From Chitinophaga pinensis (GTDB taxonomy: Bacteria > Bacteroidota > Bacteroidia > UBA7662 > JAIXUI01), in contig CALSBM010000007.1 in the NCBI GenBank assembly GCA_943373175.1, positions 2,502 through 66,501 on the forward strand: a stretch of 64,000 nucleotides of DNA, given 5' to 3'. Below the pieces are notes generated by a model. That model saw only the letters and a program-made list of their open reading frames with translations, searched no databases and was not told the origin of the DNA. The translations under genes and the position numbers were made by a program. Below, piece by piece: positions 57,848-64,000 of the stretch (positions are counted from its first letter, which is position 1; every line of letters starts with the position of its first letter).

Positions 57848-58759
57848 TCAGAATAATGCGGTTTCATGAAACACTCGTACAAGCACAAAAGCTAAAAAAG
57901 CTGCAATTAAGGACGCCTTATAAATTCCTGAGGGGAGGTGATTTTTAAACAGCATTACGTCGTTAGAGGCAAATCGAACGATGCTTCTGAAAACCACTAA
58001 CCAGTTAAACAATGCGAAAATCATGATAAAGATTTCATGTTTGAATGTAAAACTTAACCAGAATCTGAAACGTGTTGGCCCAGGGACGAACGCAAGAACG
58101 GCTACGGTGAGCGTAATCAAACACGGCAATGTAATAACGTTCCAAACAAACTTTCTTCGCCGTGATTGATCTCCACTTTCTGAAAGGATAAGATCAAAAA
58201 CTGGAGCACTCTCGTAGAACGACATTAGCATTTGTCTGAAAATTAAATACGAAACAAACAATGAGCAGAATACCATGCCAATTCTAACAATGGGGCTTGC
58301 CCCGAAATTCCATAGGACATAGTAACCCATTTCTTTAAAGGTGATAGCTCCTGCAAAGGGAGCCCCAAGTGATCGAATGAAAAACCAGAACGCCAACCAC
58401 AAAAAAAGCAGCTTCAAGGTAGTATAACTCTGTAAAGTCACACGATAAAGTCCATAAAAAATAGCTCCAGAGAAGAGGCTTAGCACTGGAGAGAACAGAT
58501 ATATCTCTGTTACATTACTTACATTCCAAGCATCCTTTGTAGCCATGGTGCTAATAGAAAGCAAGTAATATGTAGGATTCATATCATTGAGATAACATGC
58601 AAACCAAGTATAGAAGCTGTTCACCGCTAAACATATCAGGTATGCAAGAACGGATGTAGCTGTGTGATTCAGCAGTTGGGTTTTGTAGCTTTTATTAAGC
58701 TCTTCCTCAGTAAGAGTTGAAACCAGTATGAGATTAGGGTCTTGAGTTAGCATAATCAA
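57848..58759 (-). CDS. hypothetical polytopic membrane protein
   Basis: 303-aa protein with about 8 TM helices. Its start is 3 bp from the hflX stop. No motif recognised. Confidence 0.5.
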   Translation of the reverse strand: MIMLTQDPNLILVSTLTEEELNKSYKTQLLNHTATSVLAYLICLAVNSFYTWFACYLNDMNPTYYLLSISTMATKDAWNVSNVTEIYLFSPVLSLFSGAIFYGLYRVTLQSYTTLKLLFLWLAFWFFIRSLGAPFAGAITFKEMGYYVLWNFGASPIVRIGMVFCSLFVSYLIFRQMLMSFYESAPVFDLILSESGDQSRRRKFVWNVITLPCLITLTVAVLAFVPGPTRFRFWLSFTFKHEIFIMIFALFNWLVVFRSIVRFASNDVMLFKNHLPSGIYKASLIAAFLAFVLVRVFHETALF

Positions 58760-58785
58760 AAAAGAAGGCCTCCTAAGAGGCCTTC
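58757..58785 (-). terminator. intrinsic terminator downstream of the large T9SS cargo gene
   Basis: gaaggcctc-ctaa-gaggccttc forms a perfect 9-bp stem. It is followed on the minus strand by T6. Confidence 0.55.
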
Positions 58786-58820
58786 AAAGTTGTAAGAATT
58801 CTTTGAGTTTTAAGTAAAGC

Positions 58821-61800
58821 TTATTTGTTCAGTACAACCTTTTCAGTATGAATGCCTGTCGCTGAACTGAAACGAACCAAATAAGCAGCATTGGCCAAAT
58901 CTGATAAATCCATAGTGAAATTGCCTTCTAAAACTTTGGAAGCAGACTTCACTACTCTGCCGTTCAAATCAACAATGTCAATGTTCGTAGCTTCTTGCTG
59001 ACGTCCGAAATTTACAATGAGGTTGGAGTTAGAAACAAAAATCTCAGGTTTTACGAAAGTAAGATTCGGGATAGAAGTAGTGATGGCATTAATGTGTAGC
59101 ACAAAACGATCCTTACGATTAGTTGAAACGTGATTAAAAGGATAAGCACCTGTACGAAGGTTATGAAATGTTCCAGTAATTCTATCTTCAAGCATTACAG
59201 TCCAAATTGGATCAATGTTCTCAAGATTAGGCTCAATAGCATAATTTCCTGTGCCGTTATACTCGTAGAAGTACTCTTCACTAATGCCGTTTGCTGTCAT
59301 TGGACGGCTGTTTTGCATGAGTTTAAAATTAACATTAGTGATGCTATAAAGGCTATGTCCATTAAAACTGCCTGGGAATTGTGAGTCGTAATCCTGGTCA
59401 AGCCCATCCGTTGCCTGGCTTGCAATTAAAGACAAGGCTGTTGCTAAAGGCTGTCCATTCTGAGCCAGCTTAAGGCGCACAATTGGAAAAACATTCTGAG
59501 TGCGCAGGTTATAAGTAGAAGAAGAGTCGCTTGTTTGGCTTGTTCTAAACGTAAAGGTTGGTACAGTCGCGGAAGAAGCCTTTACTAAGAAAGATTGGAA
59601 TGGCGCAATAAAGTTAGAACCACTTCCAGTTTTTGTATTGCTAACAGCATTGTAGCTATCCCAAGATCCATAAGTAGAATTAAACAAGTAGATGGTTGAA
59701 CTGAGGTTCGCTACATCACCTGTTCCAAACATGTTCTCCCAATCTAAGGTAGAGAGATAAGGATTTCCCATTAACATCCAACCGTTGAAGTCACTATTAC
59801 TACCTACCCTACCAGGAGCTGTTATTGGAGTAGAATTAAGAGAACCGGTTAAGTCTAATGTAACCGGAGAGGTTAGATTCGCTATCCCATCGCTTGTTCC
59901 TGCATAAGCCAAAAATCCACGACCCGCGGTCATAATTCCGGCATTGGTTGCATTGATTCCTGTATCTGCTGCAATTCTCCAGTTCGAAACAGTTTTCCAG
60001 GAAGCACCAATCCAAACTGGCATATCTCTCATTGCGATAAGGTTTGCACCATTAACTCCCTGAACACCAACATTGATACTTCCACTAATATCGCTATAGG
60101 TAGCCGCTACAGGAGCAGAAAAGCCACGCCACTGGTTATTAACACCGGAGATATAACGCTGTGCAGTTACATTTCCGCTTACCGAACCCGCAGCAGCGAA
60201 ATTGATTCTCCCCTGATAAGAAGCACCACTTCCGACGGTTAAAAATCCGCCGGTTGTTAATGCGCCAGAAGCTTGGTTTACTACGCCTCTTACCTCAACG
60301 GCATTTCCTAAAGTAGTTGCACGGTTAGAGGTGTAGTTGTTAATTGCGTTTGCGCCACTAAGGAAGAAAGGATTCCCTGTTGAAGAAGCACCAAGTGTAA
60401 GGTTAGATGAACCATTTCCGGTAAGGGCATTCGTGGCACTACCACTGAAAGCACCGTTGATAGTAAGAGCGTTTGAGCCAATGGCTAGACTTCCACTCGT
60501 AAGGGTAAGTGCACCGTTGGTGGTTACATTTCCTCCCATATTGTCCGTAGCTCCACCACTAAGCGTAAGGTTGTGGTAAGTTAACGGCGAAATAGTTTGA
60601 GCAGTGGCAGAGGTATATTCAATAGTAGAACCACTGTTAAGGGTAGTGCTTCCTGCTGATAACCCACCGAAGCTACCTGCTGAAAGACCACTTGCATGGG
60701 AGGTCTGAACTGTTCCGGTTATAGAAGCAGTAGCTCCTGCGTTAAAGGTAATTGCATTACCTGCCATATTAAACGTATTTCCTGAAGCGATGGTTAGCGC
60801 TCTGCTGGCGGCAATGCTGGTAGTTCCGGAAGCTAGGTTTTTAGTACCGCTACCAGAAATAGTAAGGTTTCCATAAGCACGCGCATCAACCGTTTGGCCT
60901 GTTCCGTTGTAGTTTACCGTTGAAGTAGAAGCAAGGGTTACAGAGGTAAAAGTACTTCTGATAGCCGTAACTGTAGAACCATAAAGCCCATCAGGATCGG
61001 CAGTAATCACTGTTCCATTGATGAAAGCCTGTCCGTTAGAACCTCCTCCTGTATTGTTGTTACAATTAATCGCTCTGCTAGCCATGTCTAAGGTAGAACC
61101 ATTGCTAACCGTAAACGAACGACAATCGAAATCGGCAGATCCAGCCAACAAGGTATTTCCAGAAAAAGTAAAATACAGTGAATTGCCCCCAAACTCTCCA
61201 AAGAATGTTCCCCCGGCATTTCTCAAAATACCCGATGCACCAGTGAACGTTACAGTTTGGATTCCTGATCCGGAACGCACCCTTGAAGTTGGAGAACCTG
61301 CGACCAAGCTTCCGCCGAGGCTAACTCCAACTTGAAAGTCGAGGTCATCTGTCGAAGCAGTATTGATAGTCATATCATGTAACGTAGTAGGATGAGTACC
61401 AATTCCAGTGTAACTATAGTTTGCTCTGGTTTCAAAACTTCTAAGCGAAGCTGCCATAGGGTTGGAGGCAGAACCCGAGGCAGTAGAAGGGACAGACTGA
61501 TAAAAGAAGAAACGAGGACTAGTTCCTGATTGCCCACCTCCAGGGTTATTTACTCCATTAGGAAATACATCGTAAAAGAAATCCTGACCGCCTGATGGGT
61601 TGTTTGGTGCAAAGGCGTAACCGTACCAGTTAAAGGAAGTAGGCCTTCCACCTCCCGAACCATTGATATCGGACCAGCGAATTCTGCACTCCCGGTTTGT
61701 CCCGCTATTAGCCCTCTCCAGAATTGAACTGGAAGCTACCTGCTGACTCCACCCCCCTGAGCCATTTCGTTCCCAATACTCAATATAGGTATTGGTCCAA

Positions 61801-62135
61801 TAAACAGAAATGTCAGTTCTGAAAGGCGATTGAGTAGTATGGTTAAAGTGAAACTGATTAGAAAGATTGCCAACACTGCTAGTACCACCGCTTACCGGCT
61901 GCATAGGGTCTAAATCTGCTGCAAAGATAGCTGGCTCACTCCCTGACCCGCCTGTTTTGCCCAAATACAGGTAAGTGTTATCCCATGCCACAAACCAACC
62001 ATTCGTTCCAATGTTCGTGTAGTTGCCATATTCCGCTGCAGTGATGTTTCCATCAATGGTGGGCGGAGTTGACAAAAACTGCGCTTGCGTCTCTATTCCT
62101 AGGAGCAACGCAACGCCAAGTAGAAATTTCTTCAT
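58821..62135 (-). CDS. large (1104 aa) cell-surface protein with T9SS C-terminal sorting domain; G/S/T/N-rich beta-helix-like repeats
   Basis: Signal peptide MKKFLLGVALLLGIETQAQ and a long low-complexity G/S/T/N repeat region (…GSGTKNLASGTTSIAASRALTIASGNTFNMAGNAITFNAG…). The C-terminal approximately 90 aa match the Por_Secre_tail (…YLVRFSSATGIHTEKVVLNK). Confidence 0.75.
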   Translation of the reverse strand: MKKFLLGVALLLGIETQAQFLSTPPTIDGNITAAEYGNYTNIGTNGWFVAWDNTYLYLGKTGGSGSEPAIFAADLDPMQPVSGGTSSVGNLSNQFHFNHTTQSPFRTDISVYWTNTYIEYWERNGSGGWSQQVASSSILERANSGTNRECRIRWSDINGSGGGRPTSFNWYGYAFAPNNPSGGQDFFYDVFPNGVNNPGGGQSGTSPRFFFYQSVPSTASGSASNPMAASLRSFETRANYSYTGIGTHPTTLHDMTINTASTDDLDFQVGVSLGGSLVAGSPTSRVRSGSGIQTVTFTGASGILRNAGGTFFGEFGGNSLYFTFSGNTLLAGSADFDCRSFTVSNGSTLDMASRAINCNNNTGGGSNGQAFINGTVITADPDGLYGSTVTAIRSTFTSVTLASTSTVNYNGTGQTVDARAYGNLTISGSGTKNLASGTTSIAASRALTIASGNTFNMAGNAITFNAGATASITGTVQTSHASGLSAGSFGGLSAGSTTLNSGSTIEYTSATAQTISPLTYHNLTLSGGATDNMGGNVTTNGALTLTSGSLAIGSNALTINGAFSGSATNALTGNGSSNLTLGASSTGNPFFLSGANAINNYTSNRATTLGNAVEVRGVVNQASGALTTGGFLTVGSGASYQGRINFAAAGSVSGNVTAQRYISGVNNQWRGFSAPVAATYSDISGSINVGVQGVNGANLIAMRDMPVWIGASWKTVSNWRIAADTGINATNAGIMTAGRGFLAYAGTSDGIANLTSPVTLDLTGSLNSTPITAPGRVGSNSDFNGWMLMGNPYLSTLDWENMFGTGDVANLSSTIYLFNSTYGSWDSYNAVSNTKTGSGSNFIAPFQSFLVKASSATVPTFTFRTSQTSDSSSTYNLRTQNVFPIVRLKLAQNGQPLATALSLIASQATDGLDQDYDSQFPGSFNGHSLYSITNVNFKLMQNSRPMTANGISEEYFYEYNGTGNYAIEPNLENIDPIWTVMLEDRITGTFHNLRTGAYPFNHVSTNRKDRFVLHINAITTSIPNLTFVKPEIFVSNSNLIVNFGRQQEATNIDIVDLNGRVVKSASKVLEGNFTMDLSDLANAAYLVRFSSATGIHTEKVVLNK

Positions 62136-62360
62136 ATTTCAGTGTTACAGATTTTTTTCGGGTCTAAATTAAATACGGAATTGTTGATTAACAAAGTGTT
62201 AAAGATGGCTTTTAGATAAGGATTACAAAAATACCCCTCGGATTCACTACGAAAGTCCAAATTGAAGCAATGAAATTCGACCTAAAACCCCCTTAGTACG
62301 AATAAACACCCTTAATGGCTGATTTACAAAGTCTTTAGTGATTCCACGTTCCGAAAGGAT

Positions 62361-62400
62361 GTGGAAAAATTTCTTTGGGCAGGAAATGGGAACATGTGGT
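62361..62400 (+). promoter_or_regulatory. candidate MraZ operator: phased (G)TGG(G) direct repeats upstream of mraZ
   Basis: GTGG at 62361, TGGG at 62376, TGGG at 62387 and GTGG at 62396, with start-to-start spacing of 14, 11 and 10 bp. They lie 40-80 bp upstream of the mraZ ATG. Confidence 0.45.
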
Positions 62401-62438
62401 AGTAACGTTTACTTTCGTATTTGTAAAAGTATCGACAC

Positions 62439-62903
62439 ATGCTTAAGGGATTTTTTATGGGTGAATATGACGGAAAGTTGGATGACCGCGGTCGTCTGGC
62501 TATTCCTGTCAATTTACTTAAGGAAATCCCTGATAATGAGCGTGATGAGCTCATTGTAGCAAAAGGATTAGACGCCTGCCTTGAGGTAATGACCCAAAGT
62601 GAATGGCAGAAAGTCCTTGACGACATCCAGACTTTAGACCAGGATGTAGAAGTGAACCGCCTTTACTTCAGCAGACGAATAAGTGGCGGCGTAGGATGCA
62701 CCATAGATAATAGTAACCGCATTAATCTCCCCCCCCGATTAATGAGTTATGCCAGCCTATCCAACAAGGATAAAGTGGTGATTGTAGGCTCAATTCGAAG
62801 GATTCAAATCTGGAAAGAAGATGCCTACGATGCGCATTTGAACAAAGGGGGGACTATGTCGGAATTGGCCGAACAGGTCTCTAAGCTAAAAAAACGTGAC
62901 TGA
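62439..62903 (+). CDS. mraZ: division/cell wall cluster transcriptional regulator MraZ
   Basis: Two MraZ/SpoVT-AbrB repeats with DxxxR motifs (LDDRGRLAIPV; CTIDNSNRINLPP). A possible start is MGEYDG at 62457. Confidence 0.85.
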   Translation: MLKGFFMGEYDGKLDDRGRLAIPVNLLKEIPDNERDELIVAKGLDACLEVMTQSEWQKVLDDIQTLDQDVEVNRLYFSRRISGGVGCTIDNSNRINLPPRLMSYASLSNKDKVVIVGSIRRIQIWKEDAYDAHLNKGGTMSELAEQVSKLKKRD

Positions 62904-63807
62904 TCAGGCATATCATATTCCGGTTCTGGCACCCTCATGCCTTGAAGCGTTGAACATTCGCCCTGATGGCATTTATGTAGATGCTACGTTCGGAGGCGGA
63001 GGGCACTCACGTCTGATTATCAGCCACTTAGGCGAGAATGGTCGATTAATCGCCTTTGATCAGGATGAAGATGCCGCCGCAAATTTGCCTTCAGATTCTA
63101 GGATTACGTTCGTTCCTGCCAATTTCTGCCACATCCGAAGGTTTCTTCGGCTTCATCAAGCCTTGCCTGTTGATGGAATACTGGCCGACTTAGGCGTTTC
63201 TTCCCATCAGATTGACGCGGCGGAGCGCGGATTCAGCTTCCGATTTAATGCTCCGTTAGATATGCGCATGGATCGGCAAAGCGGGATCGATGCGGCTACA
63301 TACCTTAATGAAGTGGATGAAAGCTCCTTGACAAGGATTTTCAGGCACTATGGAGAACTTCAAAATGCGGCTAAACTATCGAGGCTTGTGATGGTAGCCA
63401 GAAGTAAAAGTCCATTAAAAACCACCTTCGACCTAAAACAAGCCCTAGAACCTGCATTGCCACGTGACCTACAGTCAAAATTTCTGGCTAAAGTGTTTCA
63501 AGCTATCCGCATTGAGGTAAATCAGGAAATGAAGGTGCTGGAAGATTTTCTTCATCAAACTATCAGTTGCCTAAAACCAGGTGGAAGGTTAGTAGTGCTT
63601 TCGTATCATTCTTTGGAAGATCGCCCGGTGAAAAACTTCCTCAGAAGTGGTGACATTGAAGGAGAAGAAACTAAGGACTTCTTTGGCAATTTAATCAGGC
63701 CGTTTACACCATTAGCAGCAAAAGCAGGAAAGGCTGATGAGCAGGAAATTCAGTTAAACCCGAGGGCACGAAGTGCTCGTTTACGTGTAGGAGAACGGAA
63801 CGCATGA
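62896..63807 (+). CDS. rsmH: 16S rRNA (cytosine1402-N4)-methyltransferase
   Basis: YHIPVL...GIYVDATFGGGGHS SAM-binding start and RsmH motifs (DLGVSSHQID, SYHSLEDR). Confidence 0.9.
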   Translation: MTDQAYHIPVLAPSCLEALNIRPDGIYVDATFGGGGHSRLIISHLGENGRLIAFDQDEDAAANLPSDSRITFVPANFCHIRRFLRLHQALPVDGILADLGVSSHQIDAAERGFSFRFNAPLDMRMDRQSGIDAATYLNEVDESSLTRIFRHYGELQNAAKLSRLVMVARSKSPLKTTFDLKQALEPALPRDLQSKFLAKVFQAIRIEVNQEMKVLEDFLHQTISCLKPGGRLVVLSYHSLEDRPVKNFLRSGDIEGEETKDFFGNLIRPFTPLAAKAGKADEQEIQLNPRARSARLRVGERNA

Positions 63808-64000
63808 ACGCACCTCGAACTAAGCCAGCTACTCCCGAAAAGGAAGCAACAGGAAAGAAAAGAAGCACTAAGGCTCTGCCATTACACCTTTTCGACCCTT
63901 CCAACTTCCTTCAAATCGACTTTCTCAGAAAGCATATACGCTTTATCTTCTTTCTGTTCTTTTTAATGATGCTCTATATCGGCAATGCCAATATGAATGA
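63804..64000 (+). CDS. ftsL: FtsL-like cell division protein (5' part; runs off window end)
   Basis: Its ATG overlaps the rsmH stop (ATGA). Translation MNAPRTKPATPEKEATGKKRSTKALP...FLRKHIRFIFFLFFLMMLY has a basic N-terminus followed by one TM helix, and sits in the mraZ-rsmH-ftsL position. Confidence 0.5.
   Translation, partial: MNAPRTKPATPEKEATGKKRSTKALPLHLFDPSNFLQIDFLRKHIRFIFFLFFLMMLYIGNANMN

Noticed and set aside
62136-62360. A possible -33/-7 Bacteroidota promoter for mraZ upstream of the TGGG repeats.
   Set aside because: No exact TAnnTTTG octamer was found at a sensible distance. The nearest candidate, cgTATTTGt at 62417-62424, does not fit the consensus. It was not called.

Overview
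This 64-kb window looks like chromosomal DNA from a Bacteroidota bacterium, probably a Cytophagia- or Sphingobacteriia-like lineage. The evidence is a SusC-type TonB-dependent receptor, two cargo proteins with T9SS C-terminal sorting domains, a fused ccoNO gene, a long IspG, and -33 TTTG / -7 TAnnTTTG-type promoter elements. GC content is roughly 45%. Coding density is high and is mostly housekeeping genes. The main blocks, from left to right:

- **caa3-type cytochrome c oxidase locus (8.8-17.6 kb, minus strand):** coxB-coxA-ctaA-ctaB-coxC-coxC'-coxD-SCO1-DUF420-DUF983, including the heme A biosynthesis and copper-chaperone genes.
- **cbb3-type oxidase locus (17.7-25.9 kb, minus strand):** ccoI-ccoS-ccoNO-ccoQ-ccoP-ccoG-ccoH-tauE. 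The ccoS and ccoQ-like genes are shorter than 60 aa and are absent from the supplied ORF track.
- **Housekeeping genes in the right half:** hemW, ispG, aspS, hpt, recF, pdhA, purD, pgk, gapA, hflX and mraZ-rsmH-ftsL. Peptidoglycan-remodelling genes carrying LysM domains are also present.
- **RNA genes:** two tandem tRNA-Leu genes and one tRNA-Glu, with several clear intrinsic terminators.

Two low-GC insertions stand out against this background:

1. A single 434-aa gene of unknown function (7459-8763) sits between ispG and the caa3 locus.
2. A roughly 3.5-kb AT-rich island (about 29.1-32.6 kb) carries three elements:
   - an overlapping pair made of an HTH-XRE protein with a C-terminal DUF4065 (Panacea-type) antitoxin-like domain and a RelE/ParE-like toxin;
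   - a divergently transcribed protein with a PD-(D/E)xK motif of the DUF4365 type;
   - a strand-asymmetric CA-rich leader, plus the decayed N-terminus of a Tat-secreted Gfo/Idh/MocA-type oxidoreductase.

This island is the best candidate in the window for a poorly characterised toxin-antitoxin or defence module. No CRISPR array, rRNA, transposase or integrase was found.
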